Source of the DNA: Alphaproteobacteria bacterium
Lineage (GTDB): Bacteria > Pseudomonadota > Alphaproteobacteria > RF32 > CAG-239
Direction: 5' to 3'
DNA length: 64,000 nucleotides
Assembly: GCA_017939155.1 (NCBI GenBank)
Contig: JAGAZZ010000006.1
Span: forward strand, 7,564-71,563
Below the pieces are notes generated by a model that worked only from the letters and a program-made list of their open reading frames with translations, was not told the origin of the DNA and did not search any database. A program made the position numbers and the translations under genes. Below are positions 46,730 through 56,736 of the stretch, piece by piece. Each line of letters begins with the position of its first letter. Positions within the stretch are counted from its first letter, which is position 1.

Positions 46730-49030
46730 TTAATATCTGATATGTTTCAACACAATTGTCGAAAGCGGCGGCAACGTCAGCTCAATTGAATGCGGACGGC
46801 AATTCATCCCTTCGTCTTTGGCAATCAATTCACCTTCGTTTTTAACCCCGCTGCCCCAATAGTTCTTATCATCGCTGTTAAAAATTTCCTGATAAGCGCC
46901 ACTGTCCGGCACACCCAACTTAAAGTTAGACCGAACCACCGGCGTAAAGTTGGAAATAACAATCATATAGTTGTTATAATCGTGTCCGCGGCGAATGTAA
47001 GAAATCACGCTGTCATTCGCATTGGCATGGTCAATCCACTCAAAGCCTTTCGCGTCAAAATCCTCTTCATAAAAAGCCGAATTTCCTTTATACATCAGGT
47101 TCAAATCGCGTACACAATTCTGCATTCCTTTATACATCGGATATTGCAACAAATGCCAGCGCAAACTTTCATTCGCGTTCCATTCCCAGTCCTGTCCGAA
47201 CTCAGAACCCATAAACAAGAGTTTTTTGCCCGGATGTGTCCACATAAAGCCATAATAAGCGCGCAGGTTCGCAAACTTCTGCCACTCATCACCCGGCATC
47301 TTTTGCAACATCGACCCTTTGCCATGAACAACCTCATCATGAGAAATCGGCAAAATAAAGTTTTCATTAAACGCATACAACAAACCAAACGTCAATTTGC
47401 CATGTTCATATTTGCGATAAACCGGGTCCTTGCTGATATAGTTCAGCGTGTCGTTCATCCAGCCCATATTCCATTTATAGCCAAAGCCCAAACCGCCCAT
47501 AGACGTCGGACGCGAAACCATCGGCCATGCTGTCGATTCTTCGGCGCAAGTCATCACACCTTCGCAGTTGCCATAGCAAAGTTCGTTCATCTTGCGGATA
47601 AAGGCAATCGCCTCTAAATTCTCATTACCGCCATAAATGTTCGGCACCCACTCGCCGTCTTTGCGCGAATAGTCAAGATAAAGCATTGAAGCAACCGCAT
47701 CAACTCTCAGCCCGTCAATATGATATTCTTTAAGCCAATATAAAGCGCTGGAACAAAGCACGTTGCTAACCTCTGTGCGACCATAGTTATAAATTTTGGT
47801 GCCCCAGTCTTTATGCTCGCCTTTACGCGGGTCGGCGTGCTCATACAAATGCGTTCCGTCAAATTCGATTAAGCCGTGTGCGTCCTTCGGAAAGTGAGCC
47901 GGAACCCAATCCATAATCACGCCGATATTCGCCTGATGGAACTTGTCAATCATATAGCGAAAATCATCCGGATTCCCGAAGCGTGATGTCGGTGCAAACA
48001 ACCCCGTTACCTGATAGCCCCAAGAACCGTCAAACGGGTGCTCACATACCGGCAAAAACTCAACGTGCGTAAAGCCCATATTCATCACATACGGCACCAA
48101 CGTATCCGCAAGTTCGCGATAGCTTAAAAATTCAGTCCCGTTTTCGCCTTTTCTGCGCCAAGAACCAAGGTGAACTTCATAAATGCTCGTTGCTCTGTCA
48201 AAGCTGTTATATGCCGCGCGATATTTCATCCATTCGTTATCGTTCCAGTTATAATGGTTCAAATCATAAACAATCGACGCAGTATTCGGACGAACTTCAT
48301 TATAAAACGCCATCGGGTCGCTCTTGGTTAAAATATATCCCTCATGTGTTTTAACCTCAAATTTATAATATTCGCCTTCAACAAGATTCGGAATAAAAAT
48401 ATCCCACACGCCGCAGTTATAATGCTTACGCATCACATTAACGCGTCCGTCCCAATTGTTAAACGCGCCGACAACCGAAACACGCTTTGCATTCGGCGCC
48501 CACACCGAAAAACCGACACCCTTAACACCGTTAATTTCCATTAAATGCGCGCCGAGTTTTTTATACAAATCCAAGTGATTTCCCTCAGCAAACAAATACT
48601 CGTCAATATCCCCTAAAATCGAGGGATAAGAATAAACGTCTTCCTCTTCGTAAACATCATTTTTATCATTGGTAATCTTAAATTTATGCCCAAAACCGTC
48701 GGTGTTCATCACCCCTAAATTAATTTGATAAAAACCGCGTTCATCAAGCTTGGTCATCTGCCCGAGCGAATTGCCGTTTTTATCCAAAAGTTCAATTGAT
48801 TTTGTTTGCGGTTTATAAGCGCGGATAAAAACTTCCTTACTGCCTTTATCTCTATGAATGCCCAGCACAGCCATAACATTTTCATAATCGCCGTTAATAA
48901 TGCAGTCCATCTCTTTTTTTGAAAGCAAATTATTCATCTTCTCTCCCATCGGGCTCAAAACCGCAAAACTTTGCGCTGCCCCATTCTCTTGTTGTGTTAC
49001 AGTCTGGTTATTTTTAACTGTGTTGGCCAT
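46730..49030 (-). CDS. glgB: 1,4-alpha-glucan branching enzyme GlgB
   Basis: GH13_9 regions DWVPAHF, DGLRVDAV, EESTAWP and SHDEVVHGK. The ATG at 49030 follows a GGAG, and the track start at 49045 is an upstream TTG. Confidence 0.95.
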   Translation of the reverse strand: MANTVKNNQTVTQQENGAAQSFAVLSPMGEKMNNLLSKKEMDCIINGDYENVMAVLGIHRDKGSKEVFIRAYKPQTKSIELLDKNGNSLGQMTKLDERGFYQINLGVMNTDGFGHKFKITNDKNDVYEEEDVYSYPSILGDIDEYLFAEGNHLDLYKKLGAHLMEINGVKGVGFSVWAPNAKRVSVVGAFNNWDGRVNVMRKHYNCGVWDIFIPNLVEGEYYKFEVKTHEGYILTKSDPMAFYNEVRPNTASIVYDLNHYNWNDNEWMKYRAAYNSFDRATSIYEVHLGSWRRKGENGTEFLSYRELADTLVPYVMNMGFTHVEFLPVCEHPFDGSWGYQVTGLFAPTSRFGNPDDFRYMIDKFHQANIGVIMDWVPAHFPKDAHGLIEFDGTHLYEHADPRKGEHKDWGTKIYNYGRTEVSNVLCSSALYWLKEYHIDGLRVDAVASMLYLDYSRKDGEWVPNIYGGNENLEAIAFIRKMNELCYGNCEGVMTCAEESTAWPMVSRPTSMGGLGFGYKWNMGWMNDTLNYISKDPVYRKYEHGKLTFGLLYAFNENFILPISHDEVVHGKGSMLQKMPGDEWQKFANLRAYYGFMWTHPGKKLLFMGSEFGQDWEWNANESLRWHLLQYPMYKGMQNCVRDLNLMYKGNSAFYEEDFDAKGFEWIDHANANDSVISYIRRGHDYNNYMIVISNFTPVVRSNFKLGVPDSGAYQEIFNSDDKNYWGSGVKNEGELIAKDEGMNCRPHSIELTLPPLSTIVLKHIRY

Positions 49031-49638
49031 AATATATAACTCCAAAATAAAAACAAAAACTAGGTTACAAATTATCTATAAAAACAAAACAAAAAAAAAG
49101 CAAGAAAATTATCAAAAATTTTGTTTTTTTAAGTTTGTTTTTTCTTTTAAAAACAATAACTCACCTTTTTAAAACGACTTTTTCAAAAAAGCATTTTTTT
49201 ACACCTCAAAAACTTCGGATTCTTTTTTCGGATTTTGTTTCAAAACACCCCAAAAATTTCATCCTCAAAATCCCCCTCAAAAGATAAAAAAAATTTTTTT
49301 TGCACATTTAAAACTAATTTTTTTAAAATTTTTTTTCATCAAACGGATTGTATAAAATCTCCTTCTTTTTCCTCTTTTCAAACATATACTATTTTATATA
49401 TTATATTCAACCCGTTAGCCTAACAAAAAACACACTGTTTTTTTCAAAGTATTTTCATATAACCATATAAAAAATATAAAATTTTTTTTTCTTTCCCCCT
49501 CTTTTTTTAATGTTTTTTTAAACTATTTAACTCTATACCATACTCAAATAACGTAAACGCAATAAATTCGTGTTTACAAAATAAAAATATTATTTATACT
49601 TAACCTTGTTTTATAACGAAATTATTTGGAGAATTGAA

Positions 49639-49866
49639 ATGACATTCAATGAAAATTTAATCAGAGAAGCTGCTTATTACAACTGGCAGAATGCCGGCTG
49701 CCCGTTTGGTCAGGACGAAAAGTTTTGGAATATGGCTATCGAACAGATTTATGGCTCAAAAGCTACTAAATCTTGCTGCAGCTCTTCTTGCTCTGCAAAG
49801 AAAACAGCTACTAAAACAGCTGCTAAGAAATCTACATCTTCTTCTAAGTCAAAAGCTAAGAAATAA
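49639..49866 (+). CDS. DUF2934-like small protein with a Lys/Ser-rich tail
   Basis: IREAAYYNWQNAGCPFGQDEKFWNMAIEQI matches the IRERAY.LW...G.P.G.D...W..AE pattern. GGAGA SD before the ATG at 49639. Confidence 0.65.
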   Translation: MTFNENLIREAAYYNWQNAGCPFGQDEKFWNMAIEQIYGSKATKSCCSSSCSAKKTATKTAAKKSTSSSKSKAKK

Positions 49867-49879
49867 GGTCGATGAAATC

Positions 49880-49912
49880 AAAAAAAGCCGCCTTCTTTAA
49901 GGCGGTTTTTTT
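49880..49912 (+). terminator. Intrinsic terminator
   Basis: AAAAAAAGCCGCC-ttctttaa-GGCGG followed by TTTTTTT. Confidence 0.8.
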
Positions 49913-49990
49913 ATACTCAAAAATTTTTGCTTAACCTTATGTTAAACTCTCTGCTCTAAACTAAAAAAAGACTAATAAAAAGAGAGACCG

Positions 49991-51238
49991 ATGAAACAAC
50001 TAAACCCCTTAAACAAACTAGACCTGGCCTGTTTTTTGCGCTCCCAGCTCTACCTTGCCCCCGTTCTTTTGCTGTTTTATCAGCAAAACGGTTTAAGCAT
50101 CGCCGACTATGTTATGATACAAGGAATTTTCCAACTCACCGGTATCATTTTTGAGATTCCCTGCGGCTATATCGCCGATGTTCTCTCTAAGAAAAAAGTC
50201 CTTATTTTAGCGTTCGTCTGTTTCTTTTTAAGAGCCGCCTTATGGCTTAGTTTTAAAGGGGTTTACATCATCCTTTTAGGTGAGCTTTTTAACGCCTTGT
50301 CGCGTGCTTTTCTCTCTGGTGTTTATGACAGCTATATTTATGATTACTTAAAAAGCACCAACAAAACCCGCCGTATGCTCAAAGAATGCGGTCGGACAAA
50401 TTTTGCCATGTCGGGCGGAGCTATGTTTGCCGCCATTTTCAGCGCCATGCTTTTTGACCGCTACGGCACAATCATCTTGCTCTCACTTGAGTTTATCTTA
50501 ACCTTAATCAGTATCATCCTGTTAACCACGCTCCCCAACCCGCCTTCGGCTAAACCGCACGCCGTCACCTTAAAACAAAAGTTCACCGAAATAAAAGACA
50601 CCGCCATCGCCACCTTAAAAAATAAAAACATCAACATCTACATTTTATACTCTGCTCTCTTGTTCTCCACCACTTCGCTCTTCTGCTGGTGTTTTCAACC
50701 ATTGTTAAAAATGTCCGCTGCCCCCGTGTTTATGTTTAGTTTTGTATATGTCATAAACCACGCTTTGCGCGCCGGATTCTCATATTATGTCAACCGCCTA
50801 AAAAACTTTTTTGGACTAAATCGTCTGCTCGTTGTCACCACGTTTTTATGCTTATATTCTTTTGCTTGTATGATATTGAGTTTTTACTTCAAGCTTCCAA
50901 ACATCGCTTGTTTAAGTTTAATTTTTGTCTGCATCGGTATCGGTTTTCAACTTGCTTTCGCAATTGCAAACATTAACCATATTCACACCTTCGCCCTTGA
51001 AGAAACCCGCGCCACAATCTCCTCGGTTAACAATATGCTCCAACAAACCATCTCCGGTCTTTCGCTTATTTGTTTTAAGTTTGTCATCGCCCCGCCAAGC
51101 GGTATGCAAGGTTTAAGCTTTGCGCAAGCGTTCTTTGTTTTCGGAGCTTTTTATATGGCGCTCTTTGCTATCCTCTTATATAAAATTTATCACAAAAAAA
51201 CGCCTCAAACGTCAAAACAACCGCTTCCTCTTAACTAA
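49991..51238 (+). CDS. MFS transporter
   Basis: 415 aa with about 12 TM segments. The loop 2-3 motif G.IADV.SKKKV resembles the MFS signature. Confidence 0.8.
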   Translation: MKQLNPLNKLDLACFLRSQLYLAPVLLLFYQQNGLSIADYVMIQGIFQLTGIIFEIPCGYIADVLSKKKVLILAFVCFFLRAALWLSFKGVYIILLGELFNALSRAFLSGVYDSYIYDYLKSTNKTRRMLKECGRTNFAMSGGAMFAAIFSAMLFDRYGTIILLSLEFILTLISIILLTTLPNPPSAKPHAVTLKQKFTEIKDTAIATLKNKNINIYILYSALLFSTTSLFCWCFQPLLKMSAAPVFMFSFVYVINHALRAGFSYYVNRLKNFFGLNRLLVVTTFLCLYSFACMILSFYFKLPNIACLSLIFVCIGIGFQLAFAIANINHIHTFALEETRATISSVNNMLQQTISGLSLICFKFVIAPPSGMQGLSFAQAFFVFGAFYMALFAILLYKIYHKKTPQTSKQPLPLN

Positions 51239-51299
51239 ATATAAAACTATCGGCTTTAAAATAAAATCACAATTTGAATAACTTTATAAGGAACACCCT

Positions 51300-51737
51300 A
51301 TGTCCGCATGGATTTTTTTTCTTATTCTGGCGCTTATCTTTTTTATTACTGAAATTTATACGCCGACGATGTTTTTCCTAAACTTTGCCATTGCTGCAAG
51401 CTTCTGCGGCATATTGGGAATTTTTACCGATAACTATAACATTTTAATCCCTCTGTTTGCCATTCTCTCGATTCTGTTTCTGCTCTTTTTGCGACCGCTG
51501 TTTAACATCAATCCGCAAAAAAACAAAGAACGTTCCTTTGAATCCCCCTACATTGGCAAACAAGCAACCGCGCTAACCAACATCACTGCTTTTAGCGGGC
51601 GCATAAAAATCTATGATGAAGACTGGGAAGCCCGCCTAGCAAACGAAGACGCCGCCGAAATCAAACAAGGCACCAAAGTCAACATTATCCGTCATAATGA
51701 CCTAACTATGTATGTAGAAAAAAAGGAGAAAAAATAA
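51300..51737 (+). CDS. NfeD-family membrane protein
   Basis: Two or three TM segments, then a C-terminal OB-like domain (GRIKIYDEDWEARL...GTKVNII). It lies immediately upstream of the SPFH gene. Confidence 0.8.
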   Translation: MSAWIFFLILALIFFITEIYTPTMFFLNFAIAASFCGILGIFTDNYNILIPLFAILSILFLLFLRPLFNINPQKNKERSFESPYIGKQATALTNITAFSGRIKIYDEDWEARLANEDAAEIKQGTKVNIIRHNDLTMYVEKKEKK

Positions 51738-52717
51738 TGCAAACTTTATTAATTATCTCAGTCATTGCCGCCCTTTATTTTGTCATAAAAGGTTGCATTA
51801 TTGTTGAACAGCAGGAAGTTGTCATCATCCAGCGCTTAGGTAAATACAAAGAAACCTTAACCGCCGGTTTGAACTTCATCATCCCGTTCATCGACGCCCC
51901 GAAAACAATCTATAAAAAAGTCACCGTCAATTATCGTGACGGCGGTTCATCTTCTTATATGCAAAAGACCAATCGTATAGACCTGCGCGAAAGTGTCTGC
52001 GATTTTCCACGTCAAAGCGTGATTACCAAAGATAACGTTTCCATCTCCATAAACGCCGTATTATATTTTCAGATTTTTAATCCTGAAAAGTCGGTTTATG
52101 GCGTTGAAAACCTTTATGAGGCAATTGAAAAATTAACCCAAACCACGCTGCGCCAGCTCATCGGTAAACTGGAATTGCAAGAAACCTTAACCTCGCGTGA
52201 TAAAATCAACACCGAACTGCGTGAAACCATTGACAGCGCTTCTGACAAATGGGGCGTCAAAGTCAATCGTATTGAACTTCAAGACATCACCCCGCCGGCA
52301 GACATTCAATCCGCCATGGATAAGCAGATGAAAGCCGAACGTGAAAAACGCGCGATGATTTATGAAGCCGAAGGAACAAAAGAATCAGCGATTCGCATTG
52401 CCGAAGGTGAAAAAGAAGCCGCCATCCGTCAAGCCGAAGGCGAGAAAGAAGCCGCTATCTTAAAAGCGGAAGGTATCGCCCAAGCCAGAATGGTTGAAGC
52501 CGAGGCTGAAAAAGAAGCCATCAACCGCATTATCGAAGCTCTTTCATCTAAAGGTCAGGCTGATAAATACCTTATCGCCATGAAGTACCTTGACACCATG
52601 AAAGACATCACCTCCGGCAAAGACAACAAAATTGTCTATATGCCCTATGAAGCCAGCGCCGTATTAAGCTCAGTCGATGGGATTAAAGAACTGCTCACCG
52701 CTAAAAAAAGCGCTTAA
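51737..52717 (+). CDS. SPFH/band-7 (stomatin-like) protein
   Basis: An N-terminal TM, an SPFH core (V..RLGKY......GLNFIIPFID ... ITKDNV.I..NAVLYFQI) and an Ala/Glu-rich coiled coil. Confidence 0.9.
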   Translation: MQTLLIISVIAALYFVIKGCIIVEQQEVVIIQRLGKYKETLTAGLNFIIPFIDAPKTIYKKVTVNYRDGGSSSYMQKTNRIDLRESVCDFPRQSVITKDNVSISINAVLYFQIFNPEKSVYGVENLYEAIEKLTQTTLRQLIGKLELQETLTSRDKINTELRETIDSASDKWGVKVNRIELQDITPPADIQSAMDKQMKAEREKRAMIYEAEGTKESAIRIAEGEKEAAIRQAEGEKEAAILKAEGIAQARMVEAEAEKEAINRIIEALSSKGQADKYLIAMKYLDTMKDITSGKDNKIVYMPYEASAVLSSVDGIKELLTAKKSA

Positions 52718-52768
52718 ACTAAAACAGACCCTGCCTTTCCCGGCAGGGTCTTCTTTTGAAAGAAAAAA

Positions 52769-53131
52769 ATGTTTATATTGATAACGCTCACGCTCTTTTT
52801 ATTAAAATTTTTAGCCGTCGCTGTCGTCGGGCTGTTCTTTATGGAAGATTTGGAACTCGTCAAATCAATCGGCAATGTCCCCTACGCCGCCTATTGCTTT
52901 TTAGCAATCTGCACGTTCTTCTCGCTGTTCTTTTTTGTTTTGGGCAAAAAATTCTTTTGGCTCATCGTCTGCCTTATCTCGGGCTTCCTCTATGCCGGAA
53001 TGTATAACGGCGCACCTGACATCAAAGAAATCCACCAGCAAAACGACCTTAAGTCAAGATATTTCCAAGACACAAACACTTTTATCGCGCGGATGACCGA
53101 TGTGTTTAATTTGATAAATAAAGAGGAATAA
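52769..53131 (+). CDS. Small hypothetical membrane protein
   Basis: 120 aa with 3 hydrophobic segments. The alternative overlapping frame 52756..53007 is less hydrophobic and less coherent. Confidence 0.5.
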   Translation: MFILITLTLFLLKFLAVAVVGLFFMEDLELVKSIGNVPYAAYCFLAICTFFSLFFFVLGKKFFWLIVCLISGFLYAGMYNGAPDIKEIHQQNDLKSRYFQDTNTFIARMTDVFNLINKEE

Positions 53132-53253
53132 TCCCTCTTTCCAACCCCGCTCCCGCTCAACAAAAAAATAATTGACTTTCCCCTCAAGATATGCTATGCT
53201 CCAAGCCAATCGTGAATTATTTTTAAATTATTAACTTCTTAAATTTTTATACT

Positions 53254-53727
53254 ATGTATACATTTTTTTCAATCGCTAGTGGCATAGCCATAGCGCTGAC
53301 GTTGTGCGTAACCATACTCCTGCTCGGCGGAGTTGCACAGATGACCGAAGATTTTCGAATGAAGAAGAAATTACGTTCTTTTGTGCTAATTGCGCTTCTT
53401 TTCGTGATTGAGGTGCTATTTGTCCTCCTCATAGGACGGGGTAACCTGAATTTAATCATTATTTTCGGGGTGCTTCTGTTTCTTATGCTAGCGTATCTGA
53501 ATTGGAAAGGGTCAAAACTACCGGCCGACAAAGAAGACCGCTGGGCGTTCATTTTTATTCAGGTCGCTTTGTTAGGGTGTATGTATTTAAGCAAAATACT
53601 CACCGACGCAACCACCGATTATGAATGGGAACACAAAGAAATTTATGTCGTTCAACCGGCTGGAAACAAAACACAAGCCGACACACTCTACATCTTCGAT
53701 GGTAAAATCATCACAAAACCAGACTAA
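53254..53727 (+). CDS. Hypothetical membrane protein
   Basis: 157 aa with 4 hydrophobic segments. A long terminator hairpin follows at 53731-53783. Confidence 0.5.
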   Translation: MYTFFSIASGIAIALTLCVTILLLGGVAQMTEDFRMKKKLRSFVLIALLFVIEVLFVLLIGRGNLNLIIIFGVLLFLMLAYLNWKGSKLPADKEDRWAFIFIQVALLGCMYLSKILTDATTDYEWEHKEIYVVQPAGNKTQADTLYIFDGKIITKPD

Positions 53728-53877
53728 AACAAAAACATCTTTTTAAGAACTCTCTAAAATGGGTTCTAAAAAGATGTTTTTTTATGCCCTGCGAGTCATT
53801 GCGAAGTGCGCCGTAAGGCAGCAACTGTGGCAATCCATAACTTGTGCGAAGCACACATTATCTGATAACACCAAGCT

Positions 53878-54414
53878 TTAATGCTCTGCTCCGAATTTCA
53901 GCTCGTATGCGTCACGCGCTTCTTCAATCAGCTTTTTGGCTTCCTCAGGTCCCAAGAAGCTCTCAATCGTCACCTGCTTTTTTTCCAAAACCTTATAGTC
54001 TTCAAAAAAGCGTCTGAGCATTTTTAAGATATGCGGCGGAATCTCTGAAATGTTATGATACACATTATACTCCGGGTCATCTTCATGAATAGCGATAATT
54101 TTATCATCTGCTTCCCCGCAGTCAATCATCTTCATCACGCCAATCGGACGCGCCCGCATAATCGACAGCGGAAAAATCGATTCCTGTCCCAAAACCAAAA
54201 TATCCAAAGGGTCATTATCTTCGCAATACGTTTGCGGAATAAACCCGTAGTTTGCCGGATAATGCACCGCGGAATATAAAATCCTGTCAACCTTTACAAG
54301 CCCGCTTTCTTTATCCAGTTCATATTTAACCTGCGAGCCTTTCGGAACCTCAATAATCGCCGGCACAATATCCGGAAATTGTGAATAATGCTTTACCTGA
54401 TGCCAAGGATGCAC
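53878..54414 (-). CDS. ppa: Inorganic pyrophosphatase (family I)
   Basis: The IEVPKGS..KYE.D and DPLDILV...... D.K..A motifs. 178 aa. Confidence 0.93.
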   Translation of the reverse strand: MHPWHQVKHYSQFPDIVPAIIEVPKGSQVKYELDKESGLVKVDRILYSAVHYPANYGFIPQTYCEDNDPLDILVLGQESIFPLSIMRARPIGVMKMIDCGEADDKIIAIHEDDPEYNVYHNISEIPPHILKMLRRFFEDYKVLEKKQVTIESFLGPEEAKKLIEEARDAYELKFGAEH

Positions 54415-54561
54415 AACATTTCTCCTAAAAAATTAATCCTAACGAACATAGACAAATCCCCTCCCTTTGTCAAGTAAAAGTTTTGAAAAAAATATTTGCA
54501 ACCTATAAAAAATATGCTAAACTATCCCCTAACGAAGACAATAAAAAACACGGAGATAAAA

Positions 54562-56097
54562 ATGAAAACCTACCCGGCAGATTTATTAGGCAAACTCGAT
54601 TCCGAACAAATCAACATCATCCAGCAAAATTGTGACAAAGACGCGCTTGACTATCTTGAAGAAAAAAATGACGCTATGCCTTTCTTAAATGCCGAAGACA
54701 AAAAACACTTACGTGAGTATTATACAGACACGATGGAAAAATATCGTCTGCTCTATGAGGCAATCGTTTCCGGTTTTTCCACCCCGAATAAAACCGGCTT
54801 CCCCGAAGCTATCCATAATATTAACTTAAAAGACGGTAGTATAGAAACCAATAAAAACGGTCGCCGCGTTAATTATTCAACTGAAATCTTAGCCCCCTGC
54901 ACCAGTGCCCTTTTACACTACATCAACGGCGAATGCAATGACGTGTACGTTATCATCCCGCCCATCAAAAGCGTTGAACGCACCACAGAAAAATTAATCA
55001 CCGAGTGCGAGGTGGAATATCGGCAAAATCGCCAAAATGCTTTGGAAAAATTTGAAGACGAACCCGAGCTCCCTTTTTATGCCGCTTCGCAATCCTCCGA
55101 TTGTCCGACGGCTGCTCTGCTTGAAAATCTGCAAGCCGAACAAAAAACAAGCGGCGCCTTGTTAGACATTGCCAAAAAAGAACTCCTGCCCAAAGACATC
55201 TATCGCCTGTCCATCACCTCAAAATACCCCGGCGACTTAGAAGAATTAATCCGCGAGCTTGAAAATAACTTTCCGCCTTATATCAAGTTTGAAAACAATG
55301 AAAGAAACCTCTATAAAGAAAACTTAAGTCAAAACAAGCGCAACTATTTTGACATCAAAAAAACCGCCCGTATCACCATTCCTGACAGCGAGCGCCATTT
55401 TTATATTGAGTTTCAGTTCAAGCAGACCAATATGTTTTTTGCCCACATTCGCTCACACAGCGCTTATGAGGATTTTCGCTTATATGAAACAAAATACAAC
55501 GCCACCAAAGAAGCCGCATTAAAGAAAAAAACAACCTCTTCGCCCGAGGTCAAAGCCAAGCTCGCCCTCTTAAAAAAACAATGCGAAGAAAAACGCGACC
55601 TTTGCCTGCGCATACACCGTAACGCTGTCCACCAAAGCAACCTTTATTTAATGCACAAACTCCTTTGGCTGGATGACAACGCCCGTGGTTTAGGGCGCAA
55701 ACCCGAACTGCCGCAAGGTCGTTACAAACACTCGGTCGAAACCCTAAAAAAGAACTATATTGTTGAAAGTTACGAACCGTTTGACGGCACCACCGCGTTC
55801 ACCACCGCTGAAGATGAATACCTAAACAAATCCTATTACTTAAAAATGATAGGCATTCTCCCCGAAAGCTTTGACGAACTCGGCAAACACGCCAAAATTC
55901 ATATCAACAAAGCTTGGGAAAACTTAGGTCATGCCGATATTAAAGATTTTGACCGCATAACCAATATGGCCATCAAATATCAAGACGTTGTCCGCTCTAT
56001 CCAAAAAGAAAAACAACTGATGGATAATAACGCCCTCCTAAACGTCTTGGCGCAAGCCACCGGCAATAGCTTAAAATCGCAAACCGGCGGCAGGTAG
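54562..56097 (+). CDS. Hypothetical protein with a divergent RelA/SpoT-like (RSH) nucleotidyl/pyrophosphotransferase motif set
   Basis: GGAGA SD before the ATG at 54562. The motifs PPIKSVERTTEKL, DIYRLSITSKYPGDLEEL, RNYFDIKKTARITIP and FYIEFQFKQTNMFFAHIRSHSAYEDF appear in the order and spacing of RSH synthetase motifs Syn1-Syn5. The functional call is tentative. Confidence 0.6.
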   Translation: MKTYPADLLGKLDSEQINIIQQNCDKDALDYLEEKNDAMPFLNAEDKKHLREYYTDTMEKYRLLYEAIVSGFSTPNKTGFPEAIHNINLKDGSIETNKNGRRVNYSTEILAPCTSALLHYINGECNDVYVIIPPIKSVERTTEKLITECEVEYRQNRQNALEKFEDEPELPFYAASQSSDCPTAALLENLQAEQKTSGALLDIAKKELLPKDIYRLSITSKYPGDLEELIRELENNFPPYIKFENNERNLYKENLSQNKRNYFDIKKTARITIPDSERHFYIEFQFKQTNMFFAHIRSHSAYEDFRLYETKYNATKEAALKKKTTSSPEVKAKLALLKKQCEEKRDLCLRIHRNAVHQSNLYLMHKLLWLDDNARGLGRKPELPQGRYKHSVETLKKNYIVESYEPFDGTTAFTTAEDEYLNKSYYLKMIGILPESFDELGKHAKIHINKAWENLGHADIKDFDRITNMAIKYQDVVRSIQKEKQLMDNNALLNVLAQATGNSLKSQTGGR

Positions 56098-56100
56098 CCT

Positions 56101-56736
56101 ATGCCAGAAATAAAATACGCCATATTTGATGTCGGGCAAACCGTCTATCCGTTCACGCTTCAACCGCTTATTGACTATATGCAAAAAGAAACAGCCGAAC
56201 CGGAAGTTTTTGCCAATCATCACACCCCGCGTTTTTATGACTATAATCCGTATATGAAAGGAAAAATAACTAACGCCGAATTTGCCGAAGAGCTTTGCTT
56301 TTTCTGCCGCGTCCCTTATCACGAAAACAGGCTTGAAGAAATAAACCAAGCTCTGCACAAAGGCTGTGGTTCCCCCTTTCCCCAAACCTTGAAAGCAATG
56401 AATATCCTCCGCCAAAATAAAGTGGAAATATGCCTACTGTCAAACGCTCTGCCTCTGCTTGCAGACACCGGCTCATGTCTGACAAAACCCGAGCTGGCTT
56501 TTACCTCATACGACCTGCACCTCTTAAAACCGGACACGGCAATTTTTCAAACCGTCTTGGATAAGCTAAACACAACCCCTGAACGAACTCTCTTTTTTGA
56601 TGATAAATCAACCAATATCAAAGCCGCGCAATCGCTCAAAATGAACGGCATTGTTTATCGTCCTGAAACCGTTTTAAAAGAGCTTAGTTTTTATCTACCG
56701 CCCGCTCCCATGACTCTCCGTTCACGAGAAGTCTGA
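56101..56736 (+). CDS. HAD-superfamily hydrolase
   Basis: Motif I-like AIFDVGQTV, LLSNA, and motif IV FFDDKSTNIKAAQSLKMNGI. It starts 4 nt after the upstream stop. Confidence 0.8.
   Translation: MPEIKYAIFDVGQTVYPFTLQPLIDYMQKETAEPEVFANHHTPRFYDYNPYMKGKITNAEFAEELCFFCRVPYHENRLEEINQALHKGCGSPFPQTLKAMNILRQNKVEICLLSNALPLLADTGSCLTKPELAFTSYDLHLLKPDTAIFQTVLDKLNTTPERTLFFDDKSTNIKAAQSLKMNGIVYRPETVLKELSFYLPPAPMTLRSREV

Noticed and set aside
46790-47617. 275-aa plus-strand ORF, and many other 60-160-aa ORFs antisense to ftsH, glgB, glgX, malQ, secY, rpoA and others
   Set aside because: They are embedded antisense in strongly supported conserved genes. They have no recognisable motifs and a biased Arg/His/Asn composition typical of antisense frames.
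49046-49638. Replication origin in the long AT-rich spacer
   Set aside because: I saw no DnaA-box-like 9-mers, no dnaA, dnaN, hemE or parAB context, and no clear CtrA TTAA-N7-TTAA sites.
56684-56736. 53-nt convergent overlap of the HAD hydrolase and GDYXXLXY gene 3' ends, as a possible mis-call
   Set aside because: Both ORFs have family motifs up to near their ends and no alternative earlier stop. It is noted as a real but unremarkable convergent overlap, possibly causing mild antisense interference.
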